Shown: positions 48,444-58,503 of the stretch, one piece after another
Layout of the letters: each line of letters begins with the position of its first letter
How positions within the stretch are numbered: the first letter of the stretch is position 1
Source of the DNA: a virus
IMG/VR virus record: IMGVR_UViG_3300023208_000003
Span: 96,001-160,000 of that record
Length of the DNA stretch: 64,000 nucleotides
Direction: 5' to 3' (one strand)
Program-made: the position numbers and the translations under genes
The notes under the pieces: generated by a model
The model's database searches: none
What the model was told of the DNA's origin: nothing
The model's input: the letters and a program-made list of their open reading frames with translations, nothing else

Positions 48444-49972
48444 GTCCAACCATAAACATCCTGTCCGCAATCATAAACGCGGTACGCTTTTACAGCTACC
48501 GCGTTTTCTTCTTCTGATAAATTTTTATTGTATTGAATATCAAAATTTTTATTAAAGTTTTTTTCTTGAAATGCAATTCGTGATATTCTAAGTAATTGTC
48601 CTTCTTTATAATAAGAGTACCCTATTTTTGATGTACGTAAATAGGTAAAACCGATTTTTTCATAAAAAGAACTAATAAAGCCCCACGTTTTATCTCTATA
48701 TGTTATTATAGATTGAGGATTAAGATTTTTTTTAAAAAACGCCAGTAATTTACCGGCACCACCAATCACATTTCCATTTGAACAATATCTTAGTAATTCC
48801 CATTCATAAGATTTATCATATCGTGGTTTTCCAAAAGTCATAACAGCGATAAGATTTTCATTATTAAATAAGCCCAAATTTATTTTTGCTGGAATAAAAC
48901 CTTGTATATGATGTTGTTCTAAAAAATCTTTAGACGTTTTTATTATTTTTACTGTGCAATTTCGCGCAAACATTCTATTTGATTTATCTAATAGACTTTT
49001 TATTCTATTTTTACAAATTTCATTTTTTGAAATCCAGTCATCTTCAAAAATATGAAATAGTTGAATATAATTTTCATTACATAAAAACGATTTATTGAAA
49101 TGATATGCAGGGTCAATTCCTTTTTTTGTTGAATGCCAATACAGCCCATTAAATTCAAATGCTATATTTTTTTTCGGTAAAAATATATCTAATTGGTATG
49201 GTTTTATAATCTGTTTTGAATCAATTATGATTTCATCATCGAACTGTTTTATCCATTCACAAATTTCATTTTGTAGTTTTGTTTTAGGATTAGAATAACA
49301 AGTTGGACAAGTTGGAATATTATTTGCTGATAATCTAGATATTTTAAAAGTCGTCTGACAGTCTTTGTGCTTAATTAGATTTATACGACCATTTTCAAAC
49401 GTTTTTATTATTTCAAAGTTGAAAATTTTTAATTTTTCTATTATTTCATTTAATCGTTTTTGATATCTATTAGTGTAAAATTGCTTTGATTGAAAAATTG
49501 TAGGAGCACCGTATTTGGTCATACAGGTTTGACGTTTTTTAAATTCTGCTTCTACTTTATCTCTGCTATTTGCTGCCTCTTTCATTTTTTGTTTTTGCTC
49601 TAAGGTCCTTTTGCTACCTAAATTTTTATTAGGTGTATTTTTTTCCTTGATTGTCAATAGTCTCTTTTTTGTACATTCAGGATCTTTCATTTGACAGGAC
49701 ACGGAGCAATATGTGCCAACATATCCTAATTTAAAAACACTAAATGTTAAATAACCAGTTTGACAAATTTTACATTTAGGAGGTTCAATAACATTATTCA
49801 AAATTCTAAAAATTTTTTCACTTAACGAGCGCGATTTAAACGTAAAACTTTCTTCAATTATTTCAACATATTCAGCTATTTCCACGTTTTTAGGATTTTT
49901 TAGAATTGCTGCAGCATTTTTGTTGAGATTACCGTTTTTTAAGACAATTAATTGTTTTAATTTTTCTAACAT
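48413..49972 (-). mobile_element. free-standing putative homing endonuclease (same family as 32414-33967)
   Basis: CKIC/YCSVSC zinc motifs, KYGAPTIFQS, QLDIFLPKKNIAFEFNGLYWHS, WELLRYC..GGAGKLL, RVYDCG. Confidence 0.75.
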
Positions 49973-50066
49973 AGAATTACTTTAAAATCAAAATAAATAT
50001 ATTTTATCAACATTTCATTTGGTTGTACATTGAAATAAATAGATCATATTATTTTAGGAGAATTTT

Positions 50067-51311
50067 ATGTCTCTAGATTTTTCAGGAATTGTAGGTGGTA
50101 CCGGTATTGATCTTGAACGAACAGCAGCTGCTGTTTTTGGTCAAGCGGTTGATATTTACGCTAATCAGCAAATAAATCGAATTTTTAGCGGGCCGACGTC
50201 TGGTGAAATAACGTCACATTCTAGACCACCATATGGATTATGGGATCCAGCTTCTTACGCTGAGGATCTTGTTGCGTTTCAACCAAAACACCGCTTTCTT
50301 TTTAAGGTGATGTTTGATGTTGAACCTCAGTATCTAAATCTTTTTAAGAACCATTCTGGACAATCAGCTTTCCAATATATGGTTAAATCTATTCAACGTC
50401 CTACAATAACGTATGAATATGAAGACGTTAACTTTTACAACTTTCGTACAAAGTTTTTAAAGTCAATAAAGCACGGTGAACTTCAGTTAACATTAATTGA
50501 CGATATTCAAAATACGCTTCACGTATTTTTAGGTGAATATATTAGAGCGTTTTCTCCAATCAATCGTTCGGCCGCCCCCGCTAGTCCAATAATGTATGAT
50601 ACTGCTGGTTTTAACTTCACGGATCCTGCAGGCGTCGGGCAAGTAGATTCATCAGTACGCGGCGTATTAAAGAAAGCTAATTCTGATAATTCAATTAACC
50701 CACTCAAGTCAATAAAGATTATTCAGTTCTTTGGTCACGCAGCATGGTATAATACATTTACGCTAATTAATCCACGCGTTACATCAATCAATTATGATGA
50801 CGCATCTCATGAAGGTGGCGATCCTGGAAATCACGTAACTCTTAACTTTGATTATGACGCGCTCTATCTTGATCAAACTGTTGACTTTATCGGAGCTCCT
50901 CCGTACCCAGCCCCAAAGTCAGACATTTACGGATCAATAAATGATAGAACAATAAAAGCAGCATCGTTTAATGATAGCTTTGATCCAGCCACTGGCAGAC
51001 AAACAAGCGGTTTTGGTGTTGCACAAAGTGTTTTAGGTACTTTGCTTGGAAACGTTGGCTCAAGAATAGCGTCAAATGCAATTCAGCGAGTTACTCAAGG
51101 AGTGCTTGGGTCAAGCAATCCAATGATTGCAGGTGTGCTTGGAAATCTTGGTTATGGTGTTTCAAGTCAAGTAGGTGATATGGCTCGCCGAACAATCGGT
51201 AATACAGTGAACGGCGTTAGTCCTGGATTTATAGCGCCAAATCGTCCAGCTGTTATTGACAATAGTTCAATCAATCAAACAACTACACAACGTTACAATA
51301 ATTTATTCTAA
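50067..51311 (+). CDS. tail tube-related baseplate/tube initiator protein (gp48/gp54-like)
   Basis: Tube-like fold motifs F.F.V.F, VKSI.RP.I.Y....N.YN, L.LT..DD, V...NYDD; Gly/Asn-rich tail. Confidence 0.55.
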   Translation: MSLDFSGIVGGTGIDLERTAAAVFGQAVDIYANQQINRIFSGPTSGEITSHSRPPYGLWDPASYAEDLVAFQPKHRFLFKVMFDVEPQYLNLFKNHSGQSAFQYMVKSIQRPTITYEYEDVNFYNFRTKFLKSIKHGELQLTLIDDIQNTLHVFLGEYIRAFSPINRSAAPASPIMYDTAGFNFTDPAGVGQVDSSVRGVLKKANSDNSINPLKSIKIIQFFGHAAWYNTFTLINPRVTSINYDDASHEGGDPGNHVTLNFDYDALYLDQTVDFIGAPPYPAPKSDIYGSINDRTIKAASFNDSFDPATGRQTSGFGVAQSVLGTLLGNVGSRIASNAIQRVTQGVLGSSNPMIAGVLGNLGYGVSSQVGDMARRTIGNTVNGVSPGFIAPNRPAVIDNSSINQTTTQRYNNLF

Positions 51312-51781
51312 TGAGCACAAAAACTACAATTCTTCCGTTAGAGCAAACCTTTAATATTGAAGCTGGCTCAACGCGCGCTTTACAAAACGTTTTAGAAGAA
51401 GATGATCAGATGATGGCGATATCACAAGCGACTGCAAATGAAGTCGCTCCTTATCAGGACGATGCTGAAGATAAAGAAATTGCAGAGCAAATTAAAACAA
51501 TTTATGACGCTGCAATGGACGCCTTCGATAACCAAACACAACTTGTTGAAGTTGTTGAGCCACGATACGCCGCCCGACTTGGTGAAATCGCTAATCAAAG
51601 TTTAAATACGGCTTTAAATGCAGTTGCTCTTCGTTCTAAAAATAAGAATGAAAAGCGAAAAACTGCAGCATTTGTGCCTTTTGCTAATCAAAGCAATCAA
51701 ACTAACATTGTAATGGCAAGTCGAAATGATTTGCTTAAAATGATTAAGGACAGAAAGGAAGTAATAATCGATGCAGAATAA
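51311..51781 (+). CDS. terminase small subunit (T4 gp16-like)
   Basis: Helical EPRYAARLGEIANQ.L segment and C-terminal NQTNIVMASRNDLLKMI; upstream of terL. Confidence 0.65.
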   Translation: MSTKTTILPLEQTFNIEAGSTRALQNVLEEDDQMMAISQATANEVAPYQDDAEDKEIAEQIKTIYDAAMDAFDNQTQLVEVVEPRYAARLGEIANQSLNTALNAVALRSKNKNEKRKTAAFVPFANQSNQTNIVMASRNDLLKMIKDRKEVIIDAE

Positions 51782-52427
51782 ATCGTTAAAGCAATTTCTA
51801 TGTGAAGATGAAAATTTAACTCTTGAGAGGGGTGTTGAAGTTTTGCAAATGCTTTTTGGTGATCAATTTGTTATTGACGGTGATAGAGTCAACTCTACTC
51901 AAAGTTTATCATTGAATTTTTCACATAAACGCTGGTTCAAAGGAACACACATGCCTGTAAAATTTGGCAAAATTCAAGGTAATTTTAATGTAACAAATAT
52001 GGATTTTAATTACAATAAAGAACTACCAATTTACGTTAAAGGAAATTGTTATCTCACTAGTAATGGATTTAAAACCATTGAGCATTTTCCTGAGTATATA
52101 GGCGCAATTCTTTCAATTTACGATAATCCAGAAATAAAAACGTATTCTAACATTCACAAACACGTAAAATATTGTGGAAAGGGAATAGTAATTGATCCTC
52201 TTCACTGCCCATATCTTGGTTTTCTTTTAGTTAAAGATAACTTATCAATTTTTAACATCAAATCATATTTAACTTTTGATATTTCAGTAGTAATGGGCGA
52301 CCCTCATAATGAAGAAGCTTTTCAAGCAAAGCAAATCATTAACGATTACAAAGTTAAAAACGGCGATTTACTTGATTGCAAAGCTGAATTAATAGAACAA
52401 GGACTTACAGAGTTTGCGAAAATATAA
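51771..52427 (+). CDS. YAKL-family paralogue 26, inserted between terS and terL
   Basis: MQNKSLKQFLCED; TYSNIHKHV; GDLLDCKAELIEQGLTEFAKI*. Confidence 0.86.
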   Translation: MQNKSLKQFLCEDENLTLERGVEVLQMLFGDQFVIDGDRVNSTQSLSLNFSHKRWFKGTHMPVKFGKIQGNFNVTNMDFNYNKELPIYVKGNCYLTSNGFKTIEHFPEYIGAILSIYDNPEIKTYSNIHKHVKYCGKGIVIDPLHCPYLGFLLVKDNLSIFNIKSYLTFDISVVMGDPHNEEAFQAKQIINDYKVKNGDLLDCKAELIEQGLTEFAKI

Positions 52428-52492
52428 TATCTATCGATAATCTTATTCAGATTAGCCCATAAATAAATGAAAGTACCAATCTTTCATATTTT

Positions 52493-53356
52493 ATGGCAAA
52501 CATATACATCAAAAGAGCTTTCGCAGAAAGTGAATATACGTACAATGAAGTTCTTGAACTCGAACGTTGTACAAATGATCCAATCTACTTCATAGAAAAA
52601 TACGTAAAGGTTCAGCACCCAACACGAGGACCTGTCCCATTTATTCTGTATGACTACCAGAGACACATGATCGATGTCATACATAACAATAAAGACTCGA
52701 TTATCTTGTGTTCCAGACAGCTTGGTAAGACCACGGTAGTAGCAATCTATCTACTTTGGTTAACCACATTTTTTGAGGACAAGCTTGCTATTATTGCATC
52801 AAAGGCAAACAGTCACGCGATTGAAATTATGTCTCGCATTAAGTTTGCTTATGAGGAACTTCCGCACTGGTTAAAAGCAGGTTGCAAATATTACAATCGT
52901 CACAGCATTGAATTTGATAACGGCTCAATCATAAAGTCAGAAGCAACAACTGAAAAAACAGGTCGAGGCAGTTCGCCATCAATTTTGTTCCTTGACGAAA
53001 TTGCATTTATTTCTCATAAAATTCAGGAAGAGCTTTGGGCGTCATTAACACCATCTCTTTCTACTGGTGGTAAATTTATTCTCACCTCAACACCAAACGG
53101 AGACTCTGATCTTTACGCGACTCTCTGGCGCGGCGCAATGGCTGGTACAAACAATTTTAAGCCGTTTAAAGCGCTATTTCACCAGCACCCTGAGCGTGGT
53201 CCAGAATCTGGTTACTATGAAGAAATGAAAGGTAAGCTTGGTGAGATTAAGACTCGACAGGAATTAGACTGTTGCATTGGTGAAACTGAAGTAACAGTTG
53301 AAAATAAAAATAAAATACAAAATATTTCAATAGAAAAATTATTTGAACTTTTATGA
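52493..53356 (+). CDS. terL: terminase large subunit N-terminal fragment fused to split-intein IntN
   Basis: DP.YFI..YVK..HPT.G, SRQLGKTT Walker A, LFLDEIAF Walker B, STPNG. Ends QELD-CCIGETEVTV...IEKLFELL* (intein N-fragment, 53270-53353). Confidence 0.93.
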   Translation: MANIYIKRAFAESEYTYNEVLELERCTNDPIYFIEKYVKVQHPTRGPVPFILYDYQRHMIDVIHNNKDSIILCSRQLGKTTVVAIYLLWLTTFFEDKLAIIASKANSHAIEIMSRIKFAYEELPHWLKAGCKYYNRHSIEFDNGSIIKSEATTEKTGRGSSPSILFLDEIAFISHKIQEELWASLTPSLSTGGKFILTSTPNGDSDLYATLWRGAMAGTNNFKPFKALFHQHPERGPESGYYEEMKGKLGEIKTRQELDCCIGETEVTVENKNKIQNISIEKLFELL

Positions 53357-53967
53357 CAAACATAAATCATAGACAAATTTGGCAAAATAATTTCGGTTCA
53401 ATACCAATTGATGAATATGGCAGAAGCTATGAAATTCATCATATAAATGGCAATCATTTTGATAATTCAATTGAAAATTTAAAATGCGTTTCAATTGATG
53501 AACATTTTCAAATTCATTTAAGTCAAGGAGATTTTGGTGCGTGTTTTTTAATTGCTCGCAGAATGGGATTATCATCTGAAGAATTAAGCAATTTGCAAAA
53601 AGGAAATAAATTATCTGAAATTACAAAAGCTAAAATTTCAATAGCGCATAAAAGGGGACATTTTGAAGGTAAAATTAAATCATGGAATGAAGGATTTAAA
53701 GGGTATAAATTGAAGCTAAAAATTCAACGAAAAGGAAAACGTTTTTCTTCAAAAATATCAGAAGAAGATGTTATCAAAATTAAAAATGATTTTATTGAAT
53801 GGAAAAAAACTCAGCCTAACAAATTACCATTTAAACTTTCACATGAAAAAGCTTTTGCACGTTTAATAAAACCAAAATTCCCGTTATTAAAAACAGACGT
53901 AACTATAGTTAATATTCTTAAAGGCAAATCATGGAAACCAGAGATTTTGAATATAAACCCAATTTAA
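53353..53967 (+). mobile_element. free-standing HNH homing endonuclease inside fractured terL
   Basis: YEIHHINGNHFDNSIENLKCVSIDEH (HNH); NUMOD3-like LSEITKAKISIAHK. Confidence 0.88.
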
Positions 53968-55028
53968 AAAAGTTAAAAATTAAAACCTTATTTGGAATGA
54001 AATCATTTGATGGAATAAGAAAAATACTTAAAAAAGGTTTAATTGAAATTCAGACACACCATTTTAATTTAAAATGTTCATTGACCCATAAAGTTTTAAC
54101 TGAACGAAATTGGATTTCTGCAGATGAATTACAGGTTGGTGAAAAAATTGAAACTATTAATGGTGAAGAAGAAATTATTTCAATTTCAATAGATCATGAA
54201 AAAGAAGAAACTTTTTATGATTTAGTAAATGTTGAAGGTGGAAATACATATCTAACCAATGGAATTGTTTCACATAATTGTGAGTTCTTATCATCTGATG
54301 CACTATTAATTAATACTTTGCGCCTTATTGAGTTAAAAGCTTCCCTACCAATCTCTGAAGAACTCGGATTTAAATACTGGAAACCGATTGGAGGTCGCGG
54401 AAAAGTTTATCTGATGAGCGTGGATATAGCAACCGGAAACGGTAATGATTTCTCAGTTATTGATGTGTTTGAATTTCCATCTCTTGAACAAGTGGTTCAA
54501 TGGCGCTCAAACGTTATGAACATTCCGATGCTTTACCAAGCAATAAAATACATGCTTTCAATGTTGACAAGACAAGATTCACACGGATTTAGACCTGATG
54601 TTTTTTGGACATTTGAACGTAATGGAGTTGGTGAAGCAATCAAAGCGCTCCTTTTCAATGATGAAAAACCAAATGAATTTGCTGAACTTGTAAGCGATAA
54701 GCCAGATGAAATGGGAATGAACACGTCTGGTAAGACAAAAATTCTTGCATGCCTTCACGTAAAGCAACTTGTTGAAAAACAAAAAGATGGATTAAAGCTA
54801 AATTCAGATAAAACAATTTTTGAGCTTCAAAATTTTGTTGCTTCTGGCGGTTCCTACGCAGCAAAGAAGGGAGCAACAGACGATACTGTTTCATCTCTTC
54901 TTTTGATATCTAGACTGTTAAAGCAAATCTGTATGTACGATGACCGCGCAATTGATATTCTTTACGATTATTCTAACCAATTTGATGACACACAAACAGA
55001 AGCACCTATGCCTATTTTAATCGTGTAA
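53931..55028 (+). CDS. terL: split-intein IntC (116 aa) fused to terminase large subunit nuclease domain
   Basis: Block B CSLTHKV, block F FYDLVNV, block G NGIVSHN/C (Asn codon ends 54278). Then CEFLSS and RNase-H-like VDIATGNG.DFS, ERNGVG, DDTVSSL. Confidence 0.93.
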   Translation: METRDFEYKPNLKKLKIKTLFGMKSFDGIRKILKKGLIEIQTHHFNLKCSLTHKVLTERNWISADELQVGEKIETINGEEEIISISIDHEKEETFYDLVNVEGGNTYLTNGIVSHNCEFLSSDALLINTLRLIELKASLPISEELGFKYWKPIGGRGKVYLMSVDIATGNGNDFSVIDVFEFPSLEQVVQWRSNVMNIPMLYQAIKYMLSMLTRQDSHGFRPDVFWTFERNGVGEAIKALLFNDEKPNEFAELVSDKPDEMGMNTSGKTKILACLHVKQLVEKQKDGLKLNSDKTIFELQNFVASGGSYAAKKGATDDTVSSLLLISRLLKQICMYDDRAIDILYDYSNQFDDTQTEAPMPILIV

Positions 55029-55076
55029 TAATATTGAAACAATTTGGTGATATGATAAACTTTTTGAGGTAGGCTT

Positions 55077-55844
55077 ATGTTACGCGTAAAAACTTGTTGG
55101 ATTTCAGATCTTCATCTTGGTAGTACTCAGTGTCAAGCTGATAAACTCCTTGAGTTTCTTAAAGTGCTTGATGCTCAAAAGCTTTACTTAGTCGGTGATA
55201 TTATTGATTTTTGGGCTCTTTCAAGAAAATCATTTTGGCCAACTGATCACAATACAGTGGTTCAAAAAATACTTCGAATGGCGCGGCATGGTGTTGAAGT
55301 CATTTATATTCCAGGTAATCATGACTCTCCAGTACGTGATTTAGCTGATATGACATTTGGAAATGTACAAGTTAAGCTAGAAGATATTCATGAGCTAAAA
55401 AATGGTAAAAAGTTTTTAGTTACTCATGGCGACCAATTTGATACAATATCAAAGCATTATGGTTGGCTTTCAAAATTCGGCGCCATAGGCTATGACATTT
55501 TGCTTCAGCTAAATCGTTTTACACGATTAATTCAAAAGCTTTTTAACATTGAATCTCACTTTTCACTGTCTTCATTTATAAAGTACAAAGTTAAGAACAT
55601 TGTAAAATTTATAAGTGATTATGAGAATGAAATTTGTGAAATTTTAAAGAATGAAGAACTAGATGGAATAATTTGCGGGCATATTCATCATCCTGAGCTA
55701 ATAAAAAATAATGATTTCATTTACTTGAACTGCGGTGATTGGGTAGAAAGCTTAACAGCAATTATTGAAACTTATGAAAATGAATTAATTTTAATTAAAA
55801 AAATTGAAAATGACATTATTGAAATTAAAAAATTATCCATCTAA
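55077..55844 (+). CDS. LpxH/YbbF-like metallophosphoesterase (UDP-2,3-diacylglucosamine diphosphatase family)
   Basis: ISDLHLG, LVGDIID, PGNHD, THGD.FD, CGHIH.P, N.GDWVE. Confidence 0.85.
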   Translation: MLRVKTCWISDLHLGSTQCQADKLLEFLKVLDAQKLYLVGDIIDFWALSRKSFWPTDHNTVVQKILRMARHGVEVIYIPGNHDSPVRDLADMTFGNVQVKLEDIHELKNGKKFLVTHGDQFDTISKHYGWLSKFGAIGYDILLQLNRFTRLIQKLFNIESHFSLSSFIKYKVKNIVKFISDYENEICEILKNEELDGIICGHIHHPELIKNNDFIYLNCGDWVESLTAIIETYENELILIKKIENDIIEIKKLSI

Positions 55845-56769
55845 ATAAAAATCCAAGATTTTTAGTGGCCGTTTCTTTTAAAAATGATATTTTTTGATCA
55901 ATTTTAAACGTATATTGACTTTTTACTTCAATAATAGTATTAATTTTTGGAATAAAAAAGTCAGGATAATATCGCTTAATTTTGTTATCATATTCATAGA
56001 TAATTTTGGGCATATCTTTTTTAGAAAAAAGAATTTCTTCTTCATTAAATCCTTCATCTAATAACAAAGAAAATGCCTTTGGCTCAAATCCTTGTAATAA
56101 AATTACTTTACCGGATGGTAAAGTAAATTCATGTTTCTTTTTAAATCTGTTATTACAACAAATTTCTGCTACTGATGGAATATGTGCTGGATAAAATACA
56201 TCATATTTTTCATTTAAAACTTGTTGTAAATAATTTTGATCAAAATTATGTGGACGTTTATATTTTTGCATCATTGTTTGAGCTTTTTTAAATTTTATGC
56301 TGTCTAATTTACTAATATTATCCACTCCATATCTTTTAATTAAGGTAAATTTACATTTTTGTTTAACATCTTTACGTTGAAAGACATTAGTAATTCCATA
56401 TTTTTCTAAAAGACTTTTTTCTAAATTTTGCTTTATAAGCTGTTTTCCTTCATTGCTTGATGCTTCTCTTTTAGAATGAAATAATGCATATCCATATTGT
56501 AATCCAGGAAAATCAATTTCCCGTCGAGTTGCCGGGCCACGCCGCCACATACATTCAAGTCCGCTAATTGGACATATTGGAACATTTACGTGACCTAATA
56601 ACAAGTGATATATTTTACGTTGAAAATTCCATTCATTTGGAATTTTCAACGTTTTAAAAGCATTTTCGATTTCAAAAAACCAACTTTCTTTTTGAATAAA
56701 AAATAGATTTCTTCGTTTTCTTTTTGGATTTGATAAATATTCAAGAATTTTACTTTGTATAATAATCAT
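55825..56769 (-). mobile_element. putative homing endonuclease with C-terminal PD-(D/E)xK (TnsA-like) domain
   Basis: KYGITNVFQ/RYGVDNISK repeats; QGFEP; RYYPDFFIPKINTIIEVKS. Confidence 0.7.
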
Positions 56770-56817
56770 GTTAATATCTCCACTATTAGCATAATAAACT
56801 ATTTATAGGAAAAAATA

Positions 56818-57852
56818 ATGACAAAATTGCTAATTGTAACTGATGCGTTTAGACCTCAAGTATCAGGCGTAGTTCGTACACTTGAAAAAACTATTGATGG
56901 GCTTTCTGCTCATTTTAATATTACAGTAATTCATCCAGAGATGTTTAAAACATTTCCTTGCCCAACTTATCCTGAAATTAAGTTAGCTTGGCCTGGAATG
57001 AAACGATTAGCAACACGAATAAAGCACGCAAAACCAGATTTTATTCACATTGCAACTGAAGGTCCTTTAGGGCTTTTAGCCCGCTGTTACTGCGTTAAAA
57101 ATAATCTCAGATTTACAACCGCATATCATACAAAGTTTCCTGAATATATTGAAAATAAGTTAAGTGTTCCTGCCAGCTTAACTTACAAATACTTCAAATG
57201 GTTTCATAAACCTGCTTCTCGCGTCTTTGTCGCAACAGAATCACTTGAAAATGAATTGAAAGCTCGAGGCTTTCAAAACCAATTTTGGCGCTGGTCTCGT
57301 GGTGTCGATATTGATCTTTTTAATCCTTCACGCGATTATAAAAAAGGACCACCGTTTGCTCTTTATGTAGGTCGAGTTTCAAGTGAAAAAAATATTGAAG
57401 CTTTTTTAAATGCAAAAACAGCATTTTTAAAAATAGTTGTCGGTGATGGCCCGCAACTTGAACAGTATAAAAAGCAATATAAATGTGATAGTATAATATT
57501 TGTTGGAGCTAAGCATTCAACAGACTTAGCTAATTTTTATGCTTCTGCTAAGGTAGTAGTTTTTCCATCAAAAACTGATACGTTTGGTTTGGTAACTCTT
57601 GAGGCTTTAGCAAGCGGAACGCCAGTGGTTGCGTTTAACGTGCCTGGTCCTGGTGATGTATTGCCAGCATACTTAAAGGGGTATCTATCAAACGTAGGAA
57701 CTCTTGTAGAAAGCGATAATGAAATAGGAGCCGCAATTAATTATTATTGTGAATATTATAAAAATGAAGTTCCTCGTCAGTATGTGCTTGACAATTTTAC
57801 GTGGGAAATAGCTACTCAGCAATTTAAAGATGGTTTAGTTTTGATGAAATGA
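56818..57852 (+). CDS. GT-B glycosyltransferase, family 4
   Basis: TDA..PQVSGVV.TL, HIATEGPLG, YVGRVS.EKNI, DTFGLV.LEALASGTPVVA. Confidence 0.92.
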   Translation: MTKLLIVTDAFRPQVSGVVRTLEKTIDGLSAHFNITVIHPEMFKTFPCPTYPEIKLAWPGMKRLATRIKHAKPDFIHIATEGPLGLLARCYCVKNNLRFTTAYHTKFPEYIENKLSVPASLTYKYFKWFHKPASRVFVATESLENELKARGFQNQFWRWSRGVDIDLFNPSRDYKKGPPFALYVGRVSSEKNIEAFLNAKTAFLKIVVGDGPQLEQYKKQYKCDSIIFVGAKHSTDLANFYASAKVVVFPSKTDTFGLVTLEALASGTPVVAFNVPGPGDVLPAYLKGYLSNVGTLVESDNEIGAAINYYCEYYKNEVPRQYVLDNFTWEIATQQFKDGLVLMK

Positions 57853-58430
57853 ATGATAAAAAAGAGGTTATTAAGATGCTTAAATTTTTGATGATGTTAT
57901 TTCTTTCAAATCTTGCTTTTGCCAGTAGTCCTAATGTTTCAACCGCTACGTATGATATCCCTGAGTTAATGATTTTTCGTGACGATGGCGTAAAGATAAA
58001 TATCAAAGATGAAACAATGGGGTACAAACCCATTGCCATCAATTTTGTTTTTACCACGTGCGCTGGCATTTGTCCTGCGTTAAGCCGCACGTTTGTAGCA
58101 GTTCAGAAGCAATTAGGCGAGGACGCTTCGAAAGTTCATCTCATTTCATTTTCAATTGACCCTGAAAATGACACTGTTAGCGTCTTACAGGAACATATGA
58201 AAAAATTAAAGACGCAACCAGGTTGGAATTTTTACACTGGAACCTTTGATCAAATTATTCAAATTGAAAAAGCATTTCACGCTTATTTTGGTGATAAAAT
58301 GAATCACCAGCCGTTAACCATTATTCATCGACCTGGTGAAAGTACTTGGACTCGTATTGATGGTTTCGCCACAGCCAATCAAATTGTGTCAGAGTTGAGA
58401 AAAAACGATGAAGTTGTTACCATAAAATAA
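57849..58430 (+). CDS. SCO1/SenC family protein with signal peptide
   Basis: NF.FTTCAGICP (CxxxC), S.DPENDT, conserved His in NHQP; N-terminal hydrophobic segment. Confidence 0.88.
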   Translation: MNDKKEVIKMLKFLMMLFLSNLAFASSPNVSTATYDIPELMIFRDDGVKINIKDETMGYKPIAINFVFTTCAGICPALSRTFVAVQKQLGEDASKVHLISFSIDPENDTVSVLQEHMKKLKTQPGWNFYTGTFDQIIQIEKAFHAYFGDKMNHQPLTIIHRPGESTWTRIDGFATANQIVSELRKNDEVVTIK

Positions 58431-58468
58431 TGAAATTCACAAAGTGCAATAATGTTTGGTACAATTAA

Positions 58469-58497
58469 TTGTACTTTTTTAAAAATTGTGCTATAAT
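58469..58497 (+). promoter_or_regulatory. sigma70-like promoter TTGTAC-N17-TATAAT
   Basis: Recurrent motif; ATG at 58504. Confidence 0.6.
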
Positions 58498-58503
58498 AAG
58501 CAC

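Noticed and set aside
3042-52427. C-terminal AKL tripeptide resembles the eukaryotic peroxisomal targeting signal PTS1
   Set aside because: The gene content is that of a bacteriophage, many members end AKI/AKF/AKV, and the AKL codons are constrained by the overlap with the next gene.
3042-52427. Diversity-generating retroelement as the source of family variation
   Set aside because: No reverse transcriptase in the window and no TR/VR pair differing only at adenines; the variable parts are N-terminal and too diverged.
52493-55028. terL as a pseudogene or sequencing frameshift
   Set aside because: Both fragments end or begin with intact intein blocks and the intervening ORF is a complete HNH gene; the fractured-gene arrangement explains the breaks.
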